A stretch of DNA of 64,000 nucleotides. Source: Psammoneis japonica. Taxonomy: Eukaryota. The notes under the pieces are model-generated. The model saw only the letters and a program-made list of their open reading frames with translations. It was not told where the DNA came from and did not search any database. A program made the translations under genes and the position numbers. The stretch's first letter is position 1; each line of letters opens with the position of its first letter. The DNA lies in contig QPGO01000017.1 of assembly GCA_008632985.1 (NCBI GenBank), forward strand, positions 248,001 to 312,000, given 5' to 3'. Shown one piece after another: positions 35,243 to 45,904 of this stretch.

Positions 35243-37447
35243 CTAAACGTCCCTTTTCTTACGCCCTCGTGCCTTGAAAAAGTTGCGCCCCCGAGACCCG
35301 TCACCATCGTTGAAAAGGGCATCTGCAATCCTTTTTTCTTCGTCCAACTGACGTTGCTGCTGTTCAAGCTCATGCTCCATATCACTCTCCTTAGGAAGTA
35401 CTGACCGCAGATGGATTCGCGACATGGAGCCTGTTCTCGGAACGATGTTCTTTCGAAACCTCTTGTAGTTCACGACATTAGCTCGGGAGGGAGCTTTGGA
35501 TTGTCCCGAAGAAGAAGAAGCCTTCACAATTAGGCCCGACCTTTTCTCAGTAGGGGCAATCAAGAGCTTCTTTCCATCAAGCTCCTCGATCAGCTCCTCG
35601 TTGGGTCGCCTGTAGGATCGTCTCTTGGATCCAGATGGCGCAGCTACGAACCATCCATCAGCCGAAGTCGCGAGTTTCTTTCGTGGTCCTTGATGGTCCT
35701 CGTTCGTTTCCTCATTTTCTGTATCTTCGCTTCGCGTCTTCTTAGTTGCCAAAGAAGGACCGTCCTGGTCTTCCTGACTCCGTTTCCTTTTGGTGGTTCC
35801 CGATTCACGAGGTTGCTCCTCGTCGTCGTCTTCAACCTCGGCGGCTCTTGAAGGCTTGGATCGCTTGACAGGCTTCTCCGTTTCATCACTGGGCTGCTCA
35901 GTTGCGTTCACCTCCTTGCGCTTTTTGCTAGGCTTTGTCGCAATCCAAGAATCCTCTTCTTGGGGCACACCCTTGGCCGGAACTGCGGTTTCCTTGTCCA
36001 TGTCGTTTTGCTCGCCGCTTTGGTCGATGCCGGGTCGAGGCTGTGAAGGTTGCTCAACTTGGGTGCGTACCTCTTCGGAATCCTCAGTTGGCTTGGAAGC
36101 TTGGGAAGCGTCGAGAACTTGTGGACTTCGTTCATCCGCCTTGGCCTTGGAAGCATCATCGTCGCCGTGACTGTCTTGATCGAGTGGCTGTCCTATGGAA
36201 TTGCCCTCGTGGTCAACCAAAGGAGTTTGTTCCGAAATACCAGCAGCAATGATAGTTTGGGTGACATGGGGGATACCGCGTTGCTTCAATTCCTTGACTT
36301 GTTTTATGACCTTGCGAGACGTACTTTCAATGTAAAAGCAGCCCTTCTCGTTTTGCGTAACCTCGTCAACCTTGGACGCAAACTCCTTCCCTGTCAACCC
36401 GCTCAAGGAAATAGGCTTCGCCCCGGCCGCGATGCACAAAGATGCGATATCACTGGGTGCCAGTTGTAGCAATGTACAATTTGACCAAAGTCTAGGATTA
36501 GGATCCATACTCCAGAAACTTCGTTTCTTGCTCTCATCTCGAGCCCTGTAGTCGTCCGGTGAAGGAAGCTTGTCCGTTGCATTACGATCCAAAAGCTTTT
36601 GCAGATAGTCGGTGGTAACGATCGGCTTCTTCAAAGCCCAAGCGCCAAGTTGCTTTGCGACCGCGTCCAACGAATTTGAAACCAGATATGTCATTTCGTC
36701 CCAGGAATCTCCTGCGGACGCGCCAATCGCATAGAGACGATGGGTCCACAACTTCTTGACCGAGGGGTCCACCTTTGAAAAGATTATATTCAAAGGAACA
36801 CGGGTCAACCGAATCAGCGATCCATTCTGGCCACATTGAATCAAAATACTCTTATCAGGGATCGACAAGTCGTTCAAAACAAAGGGAGTCTCCGACTTCA
36901 ACCGCTTGAATACGAACTTATCTGGATTCGATACTAACTTGGTAGCGGTAGATGACAAGGGAATCCCAGAAAACGCAGCGTCGCCCTCATCTTCTGTTTC
37001 ATCCCCCGTCTCGTCATCGTCGTCTGCCTTGTCCGTAGCTTCCGGTTTTTGCTCACTGCGATTCACTGCGATAAAGGTTCCGAACTTACTCCCCAGTTCG
37101 TGTAGCGTGACACACATACCGTGCTCGGCACACGCTTCAGTCTCGTCTGGAGTACTCGGAGCTGCTGCAGCCGCCGCTATCACCTCACCATCCTTAGTCT
37201 TGAGTTGAGAATGATGACCTTTCGTCTTGGATACCAACGAGAGTCGAATGTGCTGTCTCGAAACGGATTTGTCCTGAGAAAACACAACGTCTACCCCTTC
37301 CCCGTGCTTGCGGCCGACTGACAGGAACGTTCCATCTTCGGATTGCGAGGTGGAGAGTGACACATGCATCGGCTCTACGGGAGAACGAGGAACGCCATTT
37401 TCAACGGAAGTAGTGTTGTGCGGAAAGACTTCAACGCGAAGCAGCAT
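35243..37447 (-). CDS. NBS1: Nibrin (NBS1), MRN complex subunit
   Basis: FHA motifs (VGR, SVSRQH, SKFGT), BRCT-like region (KPIVTTDYL), C-terminal Mre11-binding NYKRFRKN and acidic ADALF tail. Confidence 0.82.
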   Translation of the reverse strand: MLLRVEVFPHNTTSVENGVPRSPVEPMHVSLSTSQSEDGTFLSVGRKHGEGVDVVFSQDKSVSRQHIRLSLVSKTKGHHSQLKTKDGEVIAAAAAAPSTPDETEACAEHGMCVTLHELGSKFGTFIAVNRSEQKPEATDKADDDDETGDETEDEGDAAFSGIPLSSTATKLVSNPDKFVFKRLKSETPFVLNDLSIPDKSILIQCGQNGSLIRLTRVPLNIIFSKVDPSVKKLWTHRLYAIGASAGDSWDEMTYLVSNSLDAVAKQLGAWALKKPIVTTDYLQKLLDRNATDKLPSPDDYRARDESKKRSFWSMDPNPRLWSNCTLLQLAPSDIASLCIAAGAKPISLSGLTGKEFASKVDEVTQNEKGCFYIESTSRKVIKQVKELKQRGIPHVTQTIIAAGISEQTPLVDHEGNSIGQPLDQDSHGDDDASKAKADERSPQVLDASQASKPTEDSEEVRTQVEQPSQPRPGIDQSGEQNDMDKETAVPAKGVPQEEDSWIATKPSKKRKEVNATEQPSDETEKPVKRSKPSRAAEVEDDDEEQPRESGTTKRKRSQEDQDGPSLATKKTRSEDTENEETNEDHQGPRKKLATSADGWFVAAPSGSKRRSYRRPNEELIEELDGKKLLIAPTEKRSGLIVKASSSSGQSKAPSRANVVNYKRFRKNIVPRTGSMSRIHLRSVLPKESDMEHELEQQQRQLDEEKRIADALFNDGDGSRGRNFFKARGRKKRDV

Positions 37448-37938
37448 GGTTCACAACGCAATGTCAATGATCAATGACAAATGACAGGAATGCATTGCAA
37501 CAGCGGACAGTGGCAACGCAGATGAGATCAATGAGAAAGATCTGACTTTGACCTCTTCGATCCTTCCGCGCGCGGAAGGATGCGCGATATATTTACAGTT
37601 GGTCGAAGAGGTCGACAAAATTGCGGGAAAATGACGTATGTGTTCGGTGGGGCTGTACAATATGCGTATTCAAACCTGAAATATTTATATGACACGATTC
37701 AGCATGCGCCAGTGAGTGGCCCTGACAGCTCACAGCCGGCGGTGAGTGAAGAAAGCGATGAGATCTCGTGGCCTCTGTTGATGGACGGTGGCGAGCACCC
37801 ATTTACTTGCTGTATTTTCGACATCACCACGTCTGACTTGCTATGGAAAGGAGGATTGACTTCGCAATGAGACGTTCTCGAATAAACGACGCTTCAAATG
37901 TGCCAATAGGGACGCTTCATTGTCATGAATCGGTAGCG

Positions 37939-39647
37939 ATGGAGAACCGCATCGCTGATAAAAGGCGTCGGTGTTTTTCCTTCACAGCCACTCTTTTTAT
38001 CCTGGTTGCATCACTTTCACAATGTGAATCGTACATGAGCGCATCATCATCTCCGGCATTCAGAAGAACTCATAGTCAATCCCGAACTTTTTTGTCAGCG
38101 GTAAAAACAAAAAGCAGAAGACAAAAGCGTGATGTTTCCCGAGACACAATTCGCATAAACAAGCGCGACGCTTCGTTTGACCCGGTCCGCCAACATAATG
38201 CCATGACGCAGTTTACACCTCGATACTTGAAATACGAGAGAGACAAAGTGAGAGGTACGCAAAAGGGGGATGGTTATGTAGATCTTACAGATACAAAGAA
38301 ACCCGGTCCTTCCAAGGAAGAACAGCAGCACGTGACGAAGAAGATTGCACATCTCTTGAGCGAAGAAACCGACCAGGACGAAGAAGACGATGATGACTTG
38401 CTGTTGGGAGATATTGCGGACCGGCAAACCGTGAACTCGCTGTCTGACGCGGATAAGAGTCAAGCAACATATGCTGTCTCTAAAGCAAAACGGGACAAAG
38501 GTACTCAGGATTTGGAGCCGTCTCGACTAATGATGGGCCGAGGAGCAACAAGAAAGGGCAAGGTGACGGCTAATGTTCTCGAAACGGGACAGGATACGAT
38601 GAAACAATATGTCAAAAGCATGGGACAACATCAAGTTCTGAGCAAACAAGATGAAGAAGTTCTCGGAAGGCAGATTCAAATTCTCACAAAGTGGGAGGCG
38701 AAGCGCCAGGATCTGGAAGAAGAGCTTTTACGGTACGTGTTGCGTGCTCCTGCATTGCTTCGTTTACCGCTCGCGCACAACTAACACATGTCTCCTTCCT
38801 ATCGTTTTCGGTACACAGTGCTCCTACTTTTGCAGAGTGGGCAGAAGCTCTCGACACCACCGTACCTGCGCTCAAGAAGCAGGTGAGACGGTCACAGAAG
38901 GCAAAGGCTGCTCTAGTGGAAGCCAACCTTCGATTTGTTGTGACTGTGGCACGACAAACCGTCAAGAGCGGTCGTAGTGAGATCAACTTCCAAGATGCCT
39001 GCCAAGAAGGCATGATTGGTTTGGTCCGAGCCTGCGAGAAGTTTGAACCAGGTCTTGGAAATCGCTTCTCTAGTTACGCCGTTTGGTGGATCAAAAAGAT
39101 GATTCACGCGAATGTTTCGCAGCAGTCTCGGCAAGTCCACCTTCCCGCCAGAGTAATGCGCAAAATCAACGACATTCGAATTCAAGAGAAGGTGCTTCAG
39201 GACGAACTCGGTCGGAAGCCGCGAGACTCGGAAGTGGCGGAGAAGGTTGGTATTACTGTGGAGAAACTTGAGTTCTACCGAAAGTCTGCAAATGACGTGA
39301 TATCGCTTGACAAGAAAATTAAATTCAAAAAGGAAGGAGACGGAAACAACACACCAGAATTCCACTCGATCGTGAAGGATCCGAGTCAGTCTCCTACCGA
39401 AATGGTAAACAAGCAAATGCTCAAAGAGGACGTCCGTTCTCTTCTTCGTACATTGAGTCCCAAGGAGCAGGTCGTCATTCGAATGCGGTTTGGCCTTGAC
39501 AGTGGACCACCGCGAACACTGGAAGAGATTGGACACAAATTTTCAGTCGACAAGGAACGAATTCGGAAGATCGAGGTGAAGGCACTTCGAAAATTGCGTC
39601 AGCCATACCGCAGCCAGTCATTGCAATGCTACGTGTCGGAGTTGTGA
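37939..39647 (+). CDS. Nucleus-encoded plastid RNA polymerase sigma-70 factor, 2 exons
   Basis: GT-AG intron 38733-38818 restores ELLR|APTFAEWA; region 2 (LVEANLRFVV, QEGMIGL..A.EKFEP..G.RFSSYAVWWI), region 3, region 4 (TLEEIG..F...ERIRKIE). Start chosen before the hydrophobic signal peptide; in-frame ATGs also at 37843 and 37867. Confidence 0.9.
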
Positions 39648-39966
39648 AGAATACAAAACGTAACTCCTTGCTTTTCATCACCTGCTTTTCTCTTTTATTA
39701 TACTTGCATCCTTATCGCCGTAGGAACCTCTAGCTAGTAGTAGTAATACCGGTAGTACTTGGACAAGAGAAAACAAATCGAGTGAGTCTGCACGTTCTGA
39801 TTTGCGCGCCGTCGTCCGCGACGCCTCATTTATCTCGGAGGACGCCGCGAACACTCACGAACGATCTTTCCGCACAAGATCCGATCAAAAATCCAAAAAC
39901 AACAACTCCTCCGTCGAGACTAGTATTACCGTAGCAAGTCCCAAAGGCTTTCGAACATACTGTACC

Positions 39967-41154
39967 ATGCCATTCGTTGGACTTTCCGTCAAGGCCCGTC
40001 CTTCCGAGGACTGCGAAAAGACGTACAAGTGGGTTCTCACCTACCAGCTCCCCTTTGCCATTCAGAACGCTTGGAGGCAACCCTACGCCAAGACATACGT
40101 GGAGAAACTCCTCAAGGAGGCTCCTTCTGCCAAAGCAGCCGTGGAGGGAAAGTTGGCCGTCGTGACGGGTGTCACCATTGGTGGAGCCGGATACAATGCC
40201 GCTGAAGAATTGGCCCTACAAGCTGGTATGCATGTCATGTTGTTGGGACGGAACGAGGAAAAGCTCAACGCGGCCATGCAAGCCATTGAAAAGGAAGCTG
40301 CGAGACGCAAGTTAGACAAACCCATCTTGTACGAGACGCATTACGATCTCGATTCCCTCGCCTCGGCCAAGACTGCAGCCGATCATGTTACCAAACTCGC
40401 CAAGGAAAAGTACGACGGCAAACTTCACGTCTTGCTCAACAATGCCGGCATGGTGGCCGCAAAGCCCGCCTTGACCAAGGACGGCATTGAAGCCAATGTG
40501 GGTCGCAACTACATTACGGTGCACTACTTGACCGAACTCTTGTTACCAATTGTGAAAAACGCGGCTACTAAAAACTACAAACCCCGCGTTGTGGATGTGG
40601 CCTCCATTTCGCACATTTTTGGACCCGACTACCTGCCCGAGCGCCTTGTGCAATTTCCCAAGCAGGGAGGAGCTCCTGAGGGACGTGTAGAGGAACAAGA
40701 GGATGGAACGATTACCTTTCCGATTGATCCCTTCATGGAAGGTCCAGGGTACATGTACGGAAGAGCCAAACACATGGTCGTTCAAACGACGGCTTATCTT
40801 CAAAAGCAGCATCCCGAAGTCAACTTTACCTGTTTGCATCCCGGATCCATTGCTTCCAACTTTGGTGGGGATTTGGGCATTCTAGCCAAGATTTACTATT
40901 ACGGGTTCTACTTTTTCCAGTACGTCCCCTCCCAGGGAGCCGTGGCTGGATTGCGGGCCAGTCTCGATCCCGACTTCAATACTGAACCAGACCTGCAGGG
41001 TGCCTACCTCCATGCGGACGGCAATCCCTGGATTGCCAAAACACCCACCGCTGTTAATCCAGCCACCAACAAACCCTACACTCCTGAAGAGTATGCCAAA
41101 GCCACTGTCAAGGCGGCGGATGAGTTGATTAAAAAGTGTCTCTCTGCTTTTTGA
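39967..41154 (+). CDS. Short-chain dehydrogenase/reductase (retinol dehydrogenase/WWOX-like)
   Basis: VVTGVTIGGAG, LLNNAG, VASISH, YGRAK, LHPG; first ATG at 39967. Confidence 0.88.
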   Translation: MPFVGLSVKARPSEDCEKTYKWVLTYQLPFAIQNAWRQPYAKTYVEKLLKEAPSAKAAVEGKLAVVTGVTIGGAGYNAAEELALQAGMHVMLLGRNEEKLNAAMQAIEKEAARRKLDKPILYETHYDLDSLASAKTAADHVTKLAKEKYDGKLHVLLNNAGMVAAKPALTKDGIEANVGRNYITVHYLTELLLPIVKNAATKNYKPRVVDVASISHIFGPDYLPERLVQFPKQGGAPEGRVEEQEDGTITFPIDPFMEGPGYMYGRAKHMVVQTTAYLQKQHPEVNFTCLHPGSIASNFGGDLGILAKIYYYGFYFFQYVPSQGAVAGLRASLDPDFNTEPDLQGAYLHADGNPWIAKTPTAVNPATNKPYTPEEYAKATVKAADELIKKCLSAF

Positions 41155-42118
41155 AGACACTGTAGTTTTTATGGCTGTGAATATTTCAGATGATCTTTGG
41201 GACCTTAGTGCCAAAGAAGCTAGGGTTGCTTCAGAAAGTCGGCACATGGTGTCATGAGTCCGTCGACCTTGGAAATATGCTGGAGGATAAATTTGTAGTT
41301 ACTTGTAGAGCACTTTTGTACATAGCGGGGCACTTTGAACGACAAATCAGCCGTAACACCTCACTACCCAACTAATGGTCATTGCACCTCAGTAGACTCT
41401 AGGGCCCTAGTTGTAACTCGATGGTGTGTTATGGTAGTCTCTAGCTATTGTACCATACCTGGTAGCAGTTGGTTGTCTTTGTCTCAAAAAGTCAACTAGA
41501 GGTGCTTTTAGAGTTTGGGTTGGTTACCTACGGTATGTCGCTATTTGTTCGACAGATACGACTAAGCTTACAAGGGATAATACCGAGAGCTACATTACGA
41601 GTGTTTTAGCCAGCCTTCCCAAGTGGACGAATGTGTGTGGCAGTGACATTGTCATCTACCGGTGCGGTAGCTAGCCAGGCAGGGTAGAGGGATAATAAAT
41701 ACACTCTCTACTACTATCTAAGCTACTCTCTAGCTAGAGTAGAGTAGATTAGAGTACCGGTAGAGCTAAGCTCTATGTACGCTCTCTGTACTCCTACTCT
41801 CTACTCTAGAGTAGTAGCTAGAGAGGTAGAGAGCTAGCAGTACGGTCGGTAGGTCATCCCCCATGTGCTAAGGTTCCAAATTCCATTCCCATTGATAATG
41901 GTAGACGTTCATGAATAAAAATTCAACGAATCTTTGCGCATCTTGATTTCCTCTTGCCACACCCGCCGCAAGGAGTTCGCATCCTGCATCATCATTCTTC
42001 ATTGTATTTTCGCATTCCAAGTCAATCTGAATCTATTGCTGTTGCATGCTTGGAGCTGCCTCTTCGACCTGTCGCCTGAGTATCTCTTCAATCCACAACG
42101 TAGTGTGTGCTGTTGACA

Positions 42119-42885
42119 ATGGCAAGTGAATCGACACCGCTCGTCCCTCAGAATGGGAACACGACTTCTTCGGGTGGCAACGCCTCGAGCTTCTATTTCC
42201 TCGCGCAGGGAGACCGAGCTGACTCGTCCATTGGCGAAATCAGATCCGTGCAGGAGGGTGGGGAAGAGATTGACACCATTCCTGAAGGCTCGAAAGCGGA
42301 GGATTTCGCTGCCCGTCGTGTTCGGGGTTCTCCAGTGCTTAAGCGTCGCCTTACGTCCAGTGGCCGCAGCGTTAGTGAAAGGGGTGTGGTAGGATGGTTT
42401 AAGAAGCTCATCGGTGTGAGGCCGACTCCCTATGAGACCCATGGTACAGGTGTTGGAAGCCTGCTGATCGAGAGAAAGGCCCCGATTAAGATAGAACCGA
42501 AGGTGTTCTTCGTAAGTTTTATCCAAGAGCAAACGGTTGCGTCTCGCGTCTCGCGTATTGCTAATCTTTGTTTATCTTCGCGCAGGCCAACGAGCGTACC
42601 TTTTTGGCGTGGCTTCACGTATCTATTATGTTGGCGGGAGCATCGATCGCCATTGTGGCATTTGCGGACGCCAACCCGTGGTCTCAGTTGTACGGAGTCC
42701 TGCTTCTACCTGTTGCATGTTCCTTTATCTGCTACTCCATGTGGCAGTATGCCAGGCGTGCTGCTATGATTCGCCGTAGGGATCCTGGCCCATATGAAGA
42801 TACCGTCGGGCCCACCGTTCTTGGAATTATTCTGATGCTCTCGATTGTTGCCCAGTTCTCCATCAAGCTCTACTCCATGATGTAG
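42119..42885 (+). CDS. VTC1: Vacuolar transporter chaperone VTC1-like (DUF202) membrane protein, 230 aa, 2 exons
   Basis: Exons 42119-42511 and 42586-42885 (GT-AG intron) give PIKIEPKVFF|ANERTFLAW; three TM helices; GPYED..GP. Confidence 0.88.
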
Positions 42886-45800
42886 TACCGAACCCTTTGG
42901 GTTATTTGATCAGGCATTGTTCGTAGATATTGATACTCGTACGCCTGCTCTAGTACCATTTTGTTCTAATGTGCCGATGATTCACATGCTCAATATTATA
43001 GAACCATGAAACACTCATGCCTGTCACCTTGTCACTCACTCTAGAGCTATCAGGTACATTCTAGCAAAACACCAGCCCTGTGGTTCCGGCTGTAGCCCAT
43101 GTTTAGAATAGATGCTAGTGCTAAAGTGGTTTTCTAGAGCATGCTTCTACAATGCACCTGTGCGGTACGGTAGTCATACATGGCACAATAAACTAGGCTC
43201 TAATGTCTCTAGAGGGCCTGCTCTACCAGCACTCTAGTGCGGTGTCCTGTACAAGCTTTTGCAGAGACACGCACAAACTTTGGAGAATGCAATGATGTGC
43301 AGAGCAGCGACACATTCAACACTGACTTTCATTCCTTCAAAACAAGGTGTGTCCCTCACAACCCGCTGCAAGATCAGAAAAGCAAGAGAGAGAGAGAAAA
43401 TCCTCTTGCAGCTCTGCCACCATAAGTTTCCTTTCTTGTGGGGCAGGAAAGATCTCCCAGACACAGGCAACGGGTTTGTTGGGACCATTGCAAGGCACGA
43501 GACGAGGGAAGCTTGGGCTCAGTGGATTGACTGTGTGTGTCAGAAGATCAACTTTTTTACGTTGGAATTGCTCACTTTGAACAACAAACACAAAAATGCT
43601 TTTCAAATGGGGCATTTCCTTGGTTGCAACAGAGCACACAGTGGCACACACAGAGAATGCATCAAAGAAAATCACCTCTGCCAGTCTCCAACCATGAGCT
43701 CACATGTGAGCTGCCCTTGGTTTGTCTCAGCAGTGCAACTGTGCAAACTTGCAGAGCTGATTTTTTTGCCAGCCCCTTCATGGAGATGCAAGCAGAGAAA
43801 CAATTGTTGCATGGTGACAACAAAAGAGACTGATTGAAAGCAAAAATGAAAAAGTCAAGTGGGGGGGGCAATTCTCTGAACCAAACAATTGTTCTGTGCC
43901 AGCCCCATTTTTCTGGAGACAAGTCCCCCACATCTTCATCAGTTGAAGAGGAGCTGGCAGATGAAAGACAGCAGGGTTGGGCACCACAGAATTGGAAGAA
44001 ATGAGAGCCCCACAGCTGGCTCCAGCAGTGCCCAACAAAGGTTCTTTTGAGTCACTTCAGCCACCACCAAGACCCCAACCTTCTTGGCTGGTTGACTTCT
44101 TGCTGCCTCAACCTTTTGGACTTCTTCTTGCTGTCAACCTTTGCAGGTGGCTCCTGTGGAACTGGGCAAGCTTTGTTTGCAAACCCTTGATGTTGTCAGA
44201 GGAGCCCACCAGCATGTTTCTGTTTTAGTGGCCACAGGACACGCCACCCAGATGGTGGCAACAAGCCCCAAGACTTGGAACTGACCATTTCAACTGCCTG
44301 GATGATGCACAACCTTCAAGGTTGCCCTTCTAAATGCTGGGAGGCTTTTGTGTCAGAGCTTGTTGGTGACATCAGAAATTGCTTTCTGCCTGCGGCTCTT
44401 CTTGTTCTGGAGAGCCTCCCAGAAAATGTGGCCAGCTGACAAGGCAATGACAAGCAACCCCCTCAAAATGGCAAAGAAGTGGATGATGACTTGCTGAGCT
44501 GCCTTTTTCCAAATGCTCCACTTTGTGCTCTGTGCACTCACAAGCAACTCAGCAAAAGATTTTTTGTTGAGAACAGGTGTTGTGATTTCAGAACAAGTCT
44601 GTTGCACCGCTGCTGAGCATTTCCTCACTCAAAATGCTCAACCAGGTTGAAACCAAAATGCAGAAAGAGAAAATGATGAGGGTCTGATGCAGCAGCTAAA
44701 AAATTGGAACAAAGAACAAAACAAGCAAATGGCAAAATGAAAATGGGGCCAAACACAAGTGCTGCAGGAAAACCCACATCATGGTGCACAATTCTTGTGT
44801 TGCTGCAGCAAACAACTGAGCAAAATCAAGCAATGGACAGCAGATGAGAAATCTGTGCCACCCCATCCATTGAATCATTGGAGCTGTCAGCTGAGTCGGC
44901 TTGGCAAAGAACATGCAAGAGCAGCAGGATTGTCAGCCAGGTCAGCAGTTGAGCTGCAGAATCCATCGTCGGCCAGATGCATTTTTCCAACTGAACAACC
45001 AGCTCCCAAATCCATTGCTGGCATGCAGAGGCACTCACACAAACAACATTTGGCTGTTGCATGATTTCAGAAATGGGCCCACATTGACGTCAGCAGTCAA
45101 GGAACAAAACAGCAGCAAAGAGATGCGTTGTTGCCATGTCTTTCCACATTGACAATGCCACATCAAGAAGAAAGTTTTGCTCTGCTTGAATTTGTGCCTG
45201 AAGCAGCTGAGTCAAAGCAGAGCCATTCAGCTGCAAAGAAACAAGATGGCACAGTGGAGCAAATGCATGACTTGTGCTGACGGGGTTCTTTTTGAGTGTG
45301 CAGTTGCAGCTGTGGCACTGTTCTCAACTGCCCGCCACCAACATTCAAGGTGGCTGCTGGTGCTTGTGCAATTTTGCATGAGTTTCAGCATCACTGCAAT
45401 CTCTGAACCAAGTGGATCATGCCAAGAATCTTGTCACTTCTTGTGCTGTGCATGCCAACCCTGCAACAATGGCATTTGATGCCTCTTTGCACCATGCATT
45501 GATGCACCACTGTGGCAAAGAATGCCCCATTGTTGCTGTCTCTGAGGACTGTGGTTGCAATGATTTCCTCTGTGCTGCTGCTGTTGCATGTGTGAAAAGC
45601 AGCTGTCATGCAATTTGCTGTGCAGCTGTCCACATGACCACACAAACAGCAACAAACACAATGAGCACAAACAAAAATTTTGCACCACACCTCACAAATG
45701 CTGTGCTGCAAAGTGCTGCTTCTGTCATGAATGCTGGCACACACAGGTGCTGGTGACTGTGATGTCCACAGGCAACAAATGTTTGTGTGCAATGTGCTGC

Positions 45801-45904
45801 AGCAATGTTCAAACTGATTTTGTCAAATGACCACAACTCAAGAATGATTGGGTCAAAGCTGGTGTCATGTCATGGCCACAACTGTGATGAAAAAATGCTC
45901 TGGG

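Noticed and set aside
37939..39647. Sigma-70 as bacterial contamination or recent HGT
   Set aside because: It has a spliceosomal intron and an N-terminal targeting extension; nucleus-encoded plastid sigma factors are normal in algae.
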